This document shows positions 11,581-21,535 of a DNA stretch of 64,000 nt, piece after piece. Made by a program: the position numbers and the translations under genes. Positions within the stretch are counted from its first letter, which is position 1; every line of letters begins with the position of its first letter. The notes beneath the pieces were generated by a model that worked only from the letters and a program-made list of their open reading frames with translations, was not told the DNA's origin and did not search any database. Source of the DNA: Candidatus Melainabacteria bacterium 17Bon1m (GTDB lineage Bacteria; Cyanobacteriota; Vampirovibrionia; Obscuribacterales; Obscuribacteraceae); the NCBI GenBank assembly GCA_032128875.1, contig JAVLKG010000003.1:888974-952973 (forward strand). Direction: 5' to 3'.

Positions 11581-12609
11581 TTGGATAGAGTGCATAGAGC
11601 GACGCTTGCATTTACCCTTCTACTCTCTTTTTCCGCCTATCTGGCGGCGCCCTGCGATGCCAAGTCCGAGCGCGGCAAAGGTCACGTTTTGCCGTCCGAA
11701 GCTCAATACGATATCGGCATCAAGAAGTATAAGGAAAAGGACTACGAGGGTGCAGTAGACGCCTTCAAGCAGTCTATTTATTTCGCTCGAAATGAGTACA
11801 TGCCGCAAGCCTGGTACTGGCTGGGTGTGACTTACATGGTCAAATTGGAAGACACCAAGGCGATCGAAGCGCTCAAAAAATACTTAGAGCAAGCCGTCAG
11901 CTCCACATGGGAAGCGCACATTCACCTGGGTCATATTTACTTGCGCAACAATCGTCTCAACGACGCTGAAGACGAGGCTAGGCAGGCTCTGGCAGCGTAT
12001 GCAGGACAGTGCCCGAAAGCTTACAACCTTTATGGATTGGTTGCCAAAGCGCGTAATGATTACGATGGAGCGGTAGGCTGGTTTTTGCAAGCGCTTGGCG
12101 ATAGGCCCTGGAGCTACACTGAAGCGTGGATGAATTATGCCGATATGCTCATGTGGGCAAAACGCTGGCCGGCTGCTATCGAGCAATTCTCACAGATGCT
12201 CGAGAGCGAGAAGACGCTCAAAGGTCTTGATGAGGAAACTCTCTTCACCAGCCGCGGCAAGTGTCTATTGGCGCTGGGCGATCACCAGCGCGCTCTGGAA
12301 GATTTTCATAGAACCCTGAGCATGAATAAAGACAACTCAGAAGCTCACTTGAATCTGGCGATGATGTTTGATCAAGAACGCCACATATCATCAGCGATTA
12401 AAGAATACAAAGAGTTTTGCCGCACTTGCACCGAGCAGAAAAGAACCGCCGCGGTCATGCAGAGAATCGCTATGTTGGAGCATATGCTTACGCCGTCTCA
12501 AGCTGAACCACAGGCTCCGCAGCCGTCACCTTACATGCGCAGACAGCAGCATGAAGAGCAGAAGCAAGAAGAGACTCAACAATTAGCTCCGCACGAATCA
12601 GGCTTTTGA
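11581..12609 (+). CDS. Exported tetratricopeptide-repeat protein
   Basis: Signal-peptide-like N-terminus; repeated AWYWLG/AHIHLG/AYNLYG/AHLNLA TPR motifs. Confidence 0.85.
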   Translation: MDRVHRATLAFTLLLSFSAYLAAPCDAKSERGKGHVLPSEAQYDIGIKKYKEKDYEGAVDAFKQSIYFARNEYMPQAWYWLGVTYMVKLEDTKAIEALKKYLEQAVSSTWEAHIHLGHIYLRNNRLNDAEDEARQALAAYAGQCPKAYNLYGLVAKARNDYDGAVGWFLQALGDRPWSYTEAWMNYADMLMWAKRWPAAIEQFSQMLESEKTLKGLDEETLFTSRGKCLLALGDHQRALEDFHRTLSMNKDNSEAHLNLAMMFDQERHISSAIKEYKEFCRTCTEQKRTAAVMQRIAMLEHMLTPSQAEPQAPQPSPYMRRQQHEEQKQEETQQLAPHESGF

Positions 12610-12674
12610 ACACTGCCGGCAATTTGCCGATATCGCTATCTGGAAGTCTACTGTGTAGGCCTTTTGCGCAGCTT

Positions 12675-13184
12675 TTAAAAGCGAAACAGAACGTGCTGGA
12701 ATGATTTCTCTTTTGTGTCGTCTCCGGAAACCCTTATGAGAAGCGAGCCGTCTGTGCGCTTCTCATACTCGATTGATTTCGGGAAATCGTGCATCGGGTT
12801 TTCAAACTTGAATCTTTCCGAGTTCTGCACTTTGTTCGCACTCGTCAATTTGAAATCCGTTTGTGCTTTGCCGCGCGGCTGGGCTACATAGTAGACACCA
12901 TCCTTGCGCTGCTCGATTCGCAGATATTCAAAGAACTCCATCTTGCTGCCATTCAATTCGCGCCCCATTCCGATCATAAAGCCGTCATGAGGCGTCATCC
13001 AATGTTCTTCAAAACTTGGCTTCTCATTCTTCGATTTCCACCTGCCTGAAAGCCACGAAAGCTCGTTAATACTGCGAGTAATCCCGGGCTCGCTCTGATT
13101 GGTTTTTGCTATCGCTACCGACGGCAGGAAAATCGAACCAAGGCTGAACGCGACGACCAAGCGGCAAAGCGTTTTGTTTTTCAT
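12675..13184 (-). CDS. Exported DUF6265-like protein
   Basis: Signal peptide; LSWLSGRW, EEHW, FEYLRI, FENPMHDFPKSIEY pattern. Confidence 0.75.
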   Translation of the reverse strand: MKNKTLCRLVVAFSLGSIFLPSVAIAKTNQSEPGITRSINELSWLSGRWKSKNEKPSFEEHWMTPHDGFMIGMGRELNGSKMEFFEYLRIEQRKDGVYYVAQPRGKAQTDFKLTSANKVQNSERFKFENPMHDFPKSIEYEKRTDGSLLIRVSGDDTKEKSFQHVLFRF

Positions 13185-13201
13185 TTTATTTTCTATCCGA
13201 A

Positions 13202-13999
13202 CTACTTGCCGGTATAGGCGGGTGTGCGTTTTTCTACAAAAGCTTTTACGCCTTCAGCAAAGTCGTCCGAGCGTCCTGCAATTTCTTGCAGTTGTGCTTC
13301 GTACTCGAGAAGCTCTTCAAGGTCTGAGAACATGGAGCGATTGACGGCGCGCTTGGTGAGAGCAAATGCCTTGGTCGGTCCCTTGGCGAGCTTTTCTGCA
13401 AGTTCGATCGCTTCTTTCATGAGAGCATCTGCGGCAACAATTTTGTTGATTGCTCCGAGCTCCAAAGCTTCCTTCGCTTCCAGTTTGTCGGCTGACAACA
13501 TTAAGTCGAATGCGCGAGTGGCGCCAATCAAGCGCGGCAACAAGAATGTGGCGCCCGAATCCGGAACCAGACCAACTTTGGTGAACGATTGAATGAAGCT
13601 GACACCTTCGGCAACGATGCGGTAATCGCAAGCGAATGCCAACGATGCACCGGCACCAGCAGCGACACCATTGACAGCGGCGATGATCGGTTTTTCCATT
13701 CTACGGATTTTTGTGATAATCGGATTGTAGCGGCGGCGGATCGAATCGCCCAGTGATGGGCGAACGCCTTCTTCGTGACTGATGCTGCGACTTTGCAAAT
13801 CTTGCCCTGCGCAGAATCCACGACCTGCACCGGTGATGACGATTGCCTTGACGTCTTTGGATTTTTCCATCTCTTTCAAGGCGTCTTGCAGTCTGAATGT
13901 CAATTCGTCGGTAAACGAATTCAGCTTGTCGGGGCGGTTCAAAGTGATAATACCGACGCCGTTCTTAATCTCTGTCAAAAGGATTGTTTCTTCAGCCAT
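13202..13999 (-). CDS. paaG: Enoyl-CoA hydratase/isomerase, PaaG-like
   Basis: TLNRPDKLNSF, GRGFCAGQDL, YNPII, AVNGVAAGAGA, GLVPDSG; clustered with paaK. Confidence 0.78.
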   Translation of the reverse strand: MAEETILLTEIKNGVGIITLNRPDKLNSFTDELTFRLQDALKEMEKSKDVKAIVITGAGRGFCAGQDLQSRSISHEEGVRPSLGDSIRRRYNPIITKIRRMEKPIIAAVNGVAAGAGASLAFACDYRIVAEGVSFIQSFTKVGLVPDSGATFLLPRLIGATRAFDLMLSADKLEAKEALELGAINKIVAADALMKEAIELAEKLAKGPTKAFALTKRAVNRSMFSDLEELLEYEAQLQEIAGRSDDFAEGVKAFVEKRTPAYTGK

Positions 14000-14097
14000 G
14001 ATCTTTTACTCCAGATCTATTTAGATGTCTGTTTAAAACGAAATTTGAATGCTTGAGTGAAACCGATTCGAGCGTGCGGGAAACGGTTTCAATCGAA

Positions 14098-14880
14098 CTA
14101 GCGTCCGGTGAAGGTCGCCTGGCGTTTTTCAAGAAACGCGCGCATGCCTTCTTTTTGATCTTCGGAAGAGAAGAGCATATAGAAGTTTTTGCGCTCGAAT
14201 TCCAAACCTTCCATGAGTGAGCCGTCGAATGCTTTGAGAATTGCTTCTTTCGCGAGTTTTACAGCTACAGGAGATTTCTTGGCGATTTCTTTTGCCAAGG
14301 CTTTTGCTTCGTCGAGGTAAAGTTCGACTGGAACGACACGGTTGACCAAGCCCATCGCATGAGCTTCGTGGGCGGTGATGGAACGTCCGGTCAAGATGAT
14401 TTCCATTGCTTTATGTTTACCGACAACGCGGGTCAATCTCTGTGTTCCGCCGGCGCCCGGGATAACACCGATGTTGATTTCCGGTTGACCGAATTGAGCT
14501 GTTTCGGAAGCTACGATCATGTCGCAAGTCATTACCAGCTCGCAACCGCCGCCCAGAGCGAATCCGCTGACTGCAGCGATAATCGGTTTTTTTGTGCAAC
14601 GTACTCTGTCCCAAGTGGCAAAACGATCTTTGTTCATGATCGAGATGGTCGTTTCGTCTGACATTTCTTTGATGTCAGCGCCGGCTGCAAATGCGCGTTC
14701 GCTGCCGGTAAGAATGATCACTCGGATATTGTCGTCGCGGTCAAACTCTTCCAACGCCTTTACCAGCTCGTCCATCAAATCATGGCTGAGGGCGTTCAGA
14801 ACGGTCGGGCGGTTTAAGGTCACGATACCGATTTGATCTTCGGTGCTGGTGAGAATGTTCTTGTAGGTGAGGGTCATCAT
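14098..14880 (-). CDS. paaF: Enoyl-CoA hydratase, PaaF-like
   Basis: AFAAGADIKEM, GFALGGGCEL, FGQPEINIGVIPGAGGTQRL (both catalytic Glu). Confidence 0.8.
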   Translation of the reverse strand: MMTLTYKNILTSTEDQIGIVTLNRPTVLNALSHDLMDELVKALEEFDRDDNIRVIILTGSERAFAAGADIKEMSDETTISIMNKDRFATWDRVRCTKKPIIAAVSGFALGGGCELVMTCDMIVASETAQFGQPEINIGVIPGAGGTQRLTRVVGKHKAMEIILTGRSITAHEAHAMGLVNRVVPVELYLDEAKALAKEIAKKSPVAVKLAKEAILKAFDGSLMEGLEFERKNFYMLFSSEDQKEGMRAFLEKRQATFTGR

Positions 14881-14947
14881 CTCTTGCTCCTTCAGTCAGA
14901 GTATGAATCTGTAGTATTCCGGAGGTTAGAAACCACCGGCACGTCTT

Positions 14948-15919
14948 TTAGCCTTTAAGCTTGGTGCCGCAGGCGCCGCAAAATGCGTTTGTCGTTGGCA
15001 TCGGTTCGTTGCAGTTAGGGCATGGCACCGTATCAACGTGTCCGTTGAATGTGCTTGCTTGTCCTGTGGCTTTGCTTCTAATTTGTTGATATGGGATGTC
15101 TTGTTTTCGGCGGAAAGAACGCAGACCTTCTGCTGTCTCTTGAGCTCCGGCGTGCAGAGTGAGCCAGTCTCGAGCATGACCGATGGTCATACCCCAGGAG
15201 AAGTCGCGCCAGAAGTTTAACTGCTGTTTTGTGTAGCGAGTGCACTCCGGCAATTTGTTGTATAGCTTTTGAGCCAGTTCTTCGACCGCTTGATCTAGCA
15301 TAGAAGCAGGCACTACCTGGTTGACCAGACCCCACTCCAGCGCTGTATATGCATCAATAGGTTCGCAAAGCAGCAACATCTCGCGAGCGCGACGGTCGCC
15401 GATTATCAAAGGCAACCATTGCGTGGCGCCACCAGCTGCGACACTGCCGCGTCCGGCACCGACCTGACGTATGGTCACGTGATCTGCAGCTACAGCCAGA
15501 TCGCAAGCCATATTCAGCTCATTACCGCCACCTACTACCATTCCGTTCAACTTAGCAATCGTCGGCTTGCCGATATTGCGAAGACGGTCATGCATCTCTA
15601 TGAATTGGTACATCCATTTGTAGTAGTTGTTAGGCTTCTTGAGGATGTGGTCTTCCTGCTCTTTCAAATCAGCGCCAGTGCAGAAGGCTTTGCTGCCGGC
15701 TCCCGTGATTATCACAACAGCAACGTTGTCGTCTTGCGAGGAATCAACAAAGGCCGTTCCGAGCTCTTTCAATGTCACCGAGTCGAAGCAATTCAATACA
15801 TCGGGGCGATTGATTGTAATCGTGGAGGTGAAACCCGACTTTTGGTAGATGATCCGTTTGAAGCCGAAAGACTCTGGTGGCGCGCCTGTGAAAACGCTGT
15901 CTGCCGTGGATGTCGACAT
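14948..15919 (-). CDS. Crotonase-family ring-opening hydrolase-like protein (Oah/BamA/BadI/MenB group) with C-terminal zinc ribbon
   Basis: AFCTGAD, NGMVVGGGNE, RQVG..RGSVAAGGATQWLP, ARDWLTLH; CPNC...FCGACG tail. Confidence 0.75.
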   Translation of the reverse strand: MSTSTADSVFTGAPPESFGFKRIIYQKSGFTSTITINRPDVLNCFDSVTLKELGTAFVDSSQDDNVAVVIITGAGSKAFCTGADLKEQEDHILKKPNNYYKWMYQFIEMHDRLRNIGKPTIAKLNGMVVGGGNELNMACDLAVAADHVTIRQVGAGRGSVAAGGATQWLPLIIGDRRAREMLLLCEPIDAYTALEWGLVNQVVPASMLDQAVEELAQKLYNKLPECTRYTKQQLNFWRDFSWGMTIGHARDWLTLHAGAQETAEGLRSFRRKQDIPYQQIRSKATGQASTFNGHVDTVPCPNCNEPMPTTNAFCGACGTKLKG

Positions 15920-15930
15920 CTTCTCTCTCC

Positions 15931-17319
15931 TTACTTGCCCTTGGAGGTAACCGGAGTCTTGGCGTCCGCTTTGTCAGCCGAAGCCTTGTCTTCTTTGCGT
16001 TTGTCTATCACGCGAACAGCTTTGCCTTCGCTGCGCGGCACAGCCTTTGGCTTCATCAACAGAACGTCGGCTGTGATGCCGAGATTGTCTTTGAGAAGCA
16101 ATTGAATATGTTCGGAAAGATTCGACAACTCGACTCGGTCATTGTCAAAATGTCCCCAACGTTTGATCAATTCTTCCGTGACTTCAACTTGCACTTCCAG
16201 CGTGTCGAGCGCTTTCTTTCGATCGATAACGAGCTGGTAGTGGGGCGAAAGTTCGTCAAGAGCAAGTAGAACCTTTTCGATTTCGGAAGGATAAACATTC
16301 ACTCCACGAATGATCAGCATGTCATCCAGACGAGCTCTTACACGCTGCATTCTTGCCATGGTGCGCCCGCAAACGCAGGGCTCCATGGACAATCTGGAGA
16401 TGTCACCGGTGCGATAACGAAGAACAGGAATTGCTTCCTTCGTGAGGGTAGTGAAAACGAGTTCGCCCTCTTCACCGTAAGGAAGTACTTCGCCGGTTTT
16501 CGGATCGATGATCTCGGGCAGGAAGTGATCTTCCCAGATGTGCAGTCCACTGCGTCCCTGTGCGCATTCCATAGAAACGCCAGGTCCGACTATTTCACTC
16601 AATCCGTAAATATCGAGCGCTTGAATTTGAAGTCTTTCTTCAATCTGACCTCTCAATTCTTCAGTCCACGGTTCTGCACCGAAGATGCCGAGTTCTAACT
16701 TGATAGTGTCGCGCTTGATTCCAAGCTCTTCCATCGTGTACGAAATGTTCAGCGCATAAGAAGGCGTTGAGCACAAAATGCGTGATCCGAAATCTTGCAG
16801 AAGCAAAATCTGCTGTTGAGTTCTGCCACCAGATGCGGGGACAACAGTGGCACCGAATTTTTCTGCGCCATAGTGCATGCCCAAGCCACCGGTGAAAAGT
16901 CCGTAGCCGTAGCTGTTGTGGAGAATATCGCCGGGACGCGCGCCGGCTGTGGCTAGCGAGCGAGAGCAAACTTCCGACCACATGTCGATATCGTTTTTCG
17001 TGTAACCGACAACTGTCGGTTTTCCTTTTGTGCCGGAGGAAGCATGAAGGCGGGTCACGTTCGACAGAGGCTCAGAGAACAAACCAAATGGATAGTTCTC
17101 TCTCAAATCGGTTTTCTTCGTGAAGGGGAAATTCTTCAGGTCCGCAAGCGTATTCAAAGACTTAGCGCTGATGCCACGCTCGTCCATGAGTTGCTTGTAA
17201 AACGGCACTTTGTCATAAAGCCGCTGAATCAGAGTCTTAAGCCGACCGAGTTGCAAACTCTCCAGCTCACCGCGCGAAATTCTTTCGCACTTTTCATTCC
17301 AGATGAACGTATTCGACAC
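15931..17319 (-). CDS. paaK: Phenylacetate-CoA ligase
   Basis: LHASSGTKGKPTV, YGYGLFTGGLG, DIYGLSE, RYRTGD, DDMLIIRGVNVYP; GTG start at 17319 with GGAG RBS. Confidence 0.95.
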   Translation of the reverse strand: MSNTFIWNEKCERISRGELESLQLGRLKTLIQRLYDKVPFYKQLMDERGISAKSLNTLADLKNFPFTKKTDLRENYPFGLFSEPLSNVTRLHASSGTKGKPTVVGYTKNDIDMWSEVCSRSLATAGARPGDILHNSYGYGLFTGGLGMHYGAEKFGATVVPASGGRTQQQILLLQDFGSRILCSTPSYALNISYTMEELGIKRDTIKLELGIFGAEPWTEELRGQIEERLQIQALDIYGLSEIVGPGVSMECAQGRSGLHIWEDHFLPEIIDPKTGEVLPYGEEGELVFTTLTKEAIPVLRYRTGDISRLSMEPCVCGRTMARMQRVRARLDDMLIIRGVNVYPSEIEKVLLALDELSPHYQLVIDRKKALDTLEVQVEVTEELIKRWGHFDNDRVELSNLSEHIQLLLKDNLGITADVLLMKPKAVPRSEGKAVRVIDKRKEDKASADKADAKTPVTSKGK

Positions 17320-17592
17320 GCAAACGCTCCAGTCCGCCTGGACCCGCGCCACGTAAGGACGCCCGAGCCGGCGAGGCAACTTAGCACGAAGGCAGATCAT
17401 AACCCCTTAGAAAGAGAAATCACGCGGATTTTAGGCTGTCTTCCACTTTGAGCAACCTTGAAAGCCCGGTGTCAATTTTCTCTGTGTTTGACAACAACTC
17501 TGGGAACAATCCGGTAGTCTCCCCTTGTCGAGTACTTACAATGTTAGAAGCAAGTTTCCGAATCATTCGTATTACTGACTAACGGCAGCCCC

Positions 17593-20500
17593 ATGGCACA
17601 ATTCGTCTCCGCTGACCCAAATAGGCTGGAGGCCCACCAAAAGTCCCCTTATCGCCACCTCTGGTGGCTGGTACTGTTTGGCATCATCGGCTGTGTCATT
17701 TATTTCGCGAAAAATGACGAGGTCTTCGCCGCCGCGTCGCTCAACCTGTCCATGCCAAAGGACGAGATTATTCAAAAGGCCACAGAGTGGGCTGTCAAGC
17801 TGGGGTATGACCCCGAGCCTCATGAAGCGACTGCTGAAGAGCGTGTTGAATCCGGCGAGAAACAGTCTCAGGCTGGAGAGAAACTCAATCAGGTTGATTC
17901 AGTCGGGTCGAAACCTGAAGACCAAAGCTCAACACCATCCAATCCTCCAGTTGTAAAACCTTCGCCAAATCAGCCTGAAGGCTCACGGACTTTACTGCCA
18001 CTTGGCTCACTTTCCACTGCGAACTCGAGAAGTCCCAGCCGTTTTGAGCCAAAATCTCCAGACCCTTCTAATCAGCGCGCCTTGAAATCCATCACCTTCT
18101 CGTACGACGATGATGCCAAGAGTTTTCTCGAGTACGAATTGGGAATTGCCAAAGCCAACGAGCTCATGGTCAAAGAGATTCCTGTTTGGTATTGGCGCGT
18201 TCGTATGGTCCGAGAACTCCAACAGGAAGAATTGCGCATCTGGATAAATCCGGAAGGCAAACTTGCCGGAGTCGATCACGACTTTGAAAACGACAAAGCC
18301 TTGCCTACTCTTTCGCACAAAGATGCGGAGAAATTCGCGCGGGAGTTTGTCGAGAAAGAGACGGGCAATTCGCTCGCAGGTTATGACCTGATTAAGGACG
18401 AGGAAAGCCAGAAGCCGAAGCGCAAAGATCACTCCTTTACTTTCGAAGATTCGAAGAATGACTATAAAGGCGCCAAAATGCGCGTCTATGTCGGAGTTGC
18501 CGGCAACAAAATTGAGTCATACAACCGCTATTTGCATGTGCCCGAAGCATTTGAAAGAAAGTTTGCCGACATTCGTTCTTACAATCGAATGCTTGCGCAG
18601 ATAGCTGGAATCTTCATGACTTTGCTCATGATAGTCAGCGTTTTTGCTTTTGGCTGGGCGGTCATGACCAGCAATATACGCTGGTTTCCTGTGATTGTAA
18701 TTTCGCTGATTTTTTCCTTCGTTCCATTTCTTGACGGTATCAATAACTACAACGAACTTCTTGACGGATACGACACCAGCATCACGTATGGGTCTTACAT
18801 AACCACTGAATTGATCAAAATGCTGATCACGCTTGTTCCCAGTACCTTCGGTGCAGTCGTTATGTTTGGCGCTGCCGAAGCGCTTTATCGAAAAGCTTTT
18901 CCGGATCACATTGCCATTGAAAAGGTTTTTACCAAAGAAGGTCTCAAATCAAAGGCAGTGGCACTCGGGCTTTTCGTTGGGCATATGCTGTTGCTCATCG
19001 ATCTGGGATGGGTAGTCTCCTATTATTTGATGGGACAGAAAATCGGCTTCTGGTGCCCGCTCGGCGTTGAGAATTACCAGATTCTGAGCAGTTATGTCCC
19101 GGCGCTTTCCGCGATGAGAGTCGGCGTCAGTGCGTCTTTCATGGAAGAAGCTCTGTACCGCGTCGTCGGCATGAGCTTGATGATGAAGATTTCCGGCAAC
19201 TTTTGGGTAGCAAACCTCTTTCAAGCGGCTGCCTGGGGATTTGCACACAGTACCTATCCGCAACAACCGTTTTATGCCAGAGGGGTAGAACTCACACTGG
19301 GTGGGCTTCTCGATGGATGGATCTTAAGGCGCTACGGAATTATTGCTTGCATAGCATCCCACTACATCTTCGATACTTTCCTCGGTGTAAAGCCTCTATT
19401 TACCTCCGGAGACCCGCTTCTCAAGGCACAAGCATTTCTCTCGGTAATTCCATTCGTCGCAATATTTGCGTACAGTTATTTTCGCTCTAAAGGAGCTGAC
19501 GATGCCGAGGCAGAGCAGAAGCTTCTCAATCGCACCGTCAATGAAGGCATCCACATAAAGGAAGAGGAAGAAGCAGAGCCCGAAGAAAAGTCGATAAGCT
19601 ATGTGCCGATTGTCCCTCAAAAACGCCTTTTCCTTTTTGTCATTACCGTCTTGCTTGGCTTTGCTTGCTTTGCTGTCAGAGAGCCGATTTTGAATATGGA
19701 CAGCAAGGTTCGTATTGACAGAGCGCAAGCTGAAGTTCGCGCTGCTGAAGTTTTGACGCGTCACGGTATTCAAGCTCCGAATTACACCGTTGTTTCCTGG
19801 CTTTCTGAGCAAGGCGCCGGTCCGGCAGAACAATATATGTTCGAGAAGTCCGGATTCTACAAAACAAGCGACGTAGTCGAGAAGTCTCACTCCGGGGGCT
19901 TCTGCTGGCGTATTCGTTTTTTCAAGCCGAAGGTCCCGGAAGAATATGAAGTCCAGTTGGATGGAGACGGGCGCGAGATTGGCACCGATATTCGCTTGGC
20001 GGAAGACACTAAAGGCGCGTATCTCACAAAAGATGCAGCGTTGGCTAAAGCCATTCATGAAATCGACGTCACTTATCCATATTTGAAACCATACGAGCTT
20101 GAAACTGCCTCAGAGCAGAAGAGGCCAGGGCGCACGGACTGGGCGTTCACTTTTCGCTCGAAGCAATTTGATGTGTCAGAGGCACGTTTCAAAATCAACG
20201 TGAGTGTTTTCGGTGATCTGGTATCCGGTGCCAATTGGAGCTGGGAGGTCCCTGACAAATGGACATTCGACCGCAGCAAGCGAAGTTTTCGCGAGGACAT
20301 GGCTAGTCATATAAATAGGGCCGGCTCACTTTTGTTTTTCATCCTTGGAGGAATTTGGGCAATTGGTGTGCTCAAGGCTCGTGCCATACGTGTGCGCGCA
20401 GCGCTCTTCATTGGCGCCGCCTATGTACTTACGCTGATTCCCACGCAGCTGAATTCTTTGCCACTATTTTTCTATGATTACCCGACCACGACACCACTCA

Positions 20501-21363
20501 ATAATTTCTTGACTGATCAATTGTCGGCATATGCAGGGCAATACATCCGTTCGTTCTTTATGGCATCAATTGTTGCCGCCTTTGCGATTGGTTCGATGCG
20601 AATTCTGTTTCCCAAAATCAGACTTTCGAATTATTTCATTGCCGTAACAAGACCGCACAATCGTGAGAATCAGAGTGTTCAGCGCACGATGTGGGTTGAT
20701 GGTGCCTTAGCAGGCTATGCATATGTAGCAGTGCTCGAAGTTATTTCCCTGGTCGCCAGTGTGGCGCGCACGCGCTATTCGCCAGACCTTCAGCAGGCGT
20801 CGTTGAGCACAATCTCGTCCTTGATGAATCTGCAATTCCCTCCCTTTGACGCCGTGATCTCGGCGCCCGTCCAAGGCGCTCAACTGCTGCTCACAACGGC
20901 GATTTCGGTGGGAATATATGCGCGATATTGTCGCAATCCGAGGGTTTACTTTATCTTCGTTACTTTGGTTTCGATCGGCACATGGTGTGGTCAAAAACAC
21001 ATCGAGGATGCGGTAATCGGTGCGGTTTCCTCATTAGCTGTCTACGCTTGGAACTTTCTTTTCATTGCTCGAGTGGCAAGAATGAATCCGATTGCATATT
21101 TCACAGCAGGTCTTTCCTCTGTTTTGTTTGTACGCATGATTTCTGTCGTTTCGCATGCGTTGCCGGTAATGCTTCCGACTCTGGCTGTCAGCGCATTGGT
21201 TATGGCGGCTCCGGCGATTATCGCTGCAATTCTTTCCATGCGCTCGGAGATGCCGCCGGCAGAAAATGAAGTGGCGCCCATCGGTCCGGATGCGCCCCCG
21301 GAAATTGCCTCACTGGCGCCGGAAACTGCCGAGATTGCAGCCGAAGAGCGTGAAGAAAGTTAG
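17593..21363 (+). CDS. Large CPBP (CAAX/Abi) family intramembrane metalloprotease with duplicated extracytoplasmic domains
   Basis: EEALYR, WGFAH and SHYIFD CPBP motifs; many TM segments; two homologous soluble domains. Confidence 0.85.
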   Translation: MAQFVSADPNRLEAHQKSPYRHLWWLVLFGIIGCVIYFAKNDEVFAAASLNLSMPKDEIIQKATEWAVKLGYDPEPHEATAEERVESGEKQSQAGEKLNQVDSVGSKPEDQSSTPSNPPVVKPSPNQPEGSRTLLPLGSLSTANSRSPSRFEPKSPDPSNQRALKSITFSYDDDAKSFLEYELGIAKANELMVKEIPVWYWRVRMVRELQQEELRIWINPEGKLAGVDHDFENDKALPTLSHKDAEKFAREFVEKETGNSLAGYDLIKDEESQKPKRKDHSFTFEDSKNDYKGAKMRVYVGVAGNKIESYNRYLHVPEAFERKFADIRSYNRMLAQIAGIFMTLLMIVSVFAFGWAVMTSNIRWFPVIVISLIFSFVPFLDGINNYNELLDGYDTSITYGSYITTELIKMLITLVPSTFGAVVMFGAAEALYRKAFPDHIAIEKVFTKEGLKSKAVALGLFVGHMLLLIDLGWVVSYYLMGQKIGFWCPLGVENYQILSSYVPALSAMRVGVSASFMEEALYRVVGMSLMMKISGNFWVANLFQAAAWGFAHSTYPQQPFYARGVELTLGGLLDGWILRRYGIIACIASHYIFDTFLGVKPLFTSGDPLLKAQAFLSVIPFVAIFAYSYFRSKGADDAEAEQKLLNRTVNEGIHIKEEEEAEPEEKSISYVPIVPQKRLFLFVITVLLGFACFAVREPILNMDSKVRIDRAQAEVRAAEVLTRHGIQAPNYTVVSWLSEQGAGPAEQYMFEKSGFYKTSDVVEKSHSGGFCWRIRFFKPKVPEEYEVQLDGDGREIGTDIRLAEDTKGAYLTKDAALAKAIHEIDVTYPYLKPYELETASEQKRPGRTDWAFTFRSKQFDVSEARFKINVSVFGDLVSGANWSWEVPDKWTFDRSKRSFREDMASHINRAGSLLFFILGGIWAIGVLKARAIRVRAALFIGAAYVLTLIPTQLNSLPLFFYDYPTTTPLNNFLTDQLSAYAGQYIRSFFMASIVAAFAIGSMRILFPKIRLSNYFIAVTRPHNRENQSVQRTMWVDGALAGYAYVAVLEVISLVASVARTRYSPDLQQASLSTISSLMNLQFPPFDAVISAPVQGAQLLLTTAISVGIYARYCRNPRVYFIFVTLVSIGTWCGQKHIEDAVIGAVSSLAVYAWNFLFIARVARMNPIAYFTAGLSSVLFVRMISVVSHALPVMLPTLAVSALVMAAPAIIAAILSMRSEMPPAENEVAPIGPDAPPEIASLAPETAEIAAEEREES

Positions 21364-21535
21364 CGGATTATCGGACCGAAACCCGCCAGCCAAGGCTTCC
21401 AAGGTTTGTCAGATCTAAATAAGTGGTAGGCATCTAGTAATAGAGTTCTTAGGCCTGTGGAGAACTGTTTTTCCTGAGGTCTGATAACGCCGATTTACCA
21501 GAAGACCAACTTAGAAGCCCAGAATTTAAACTCCG

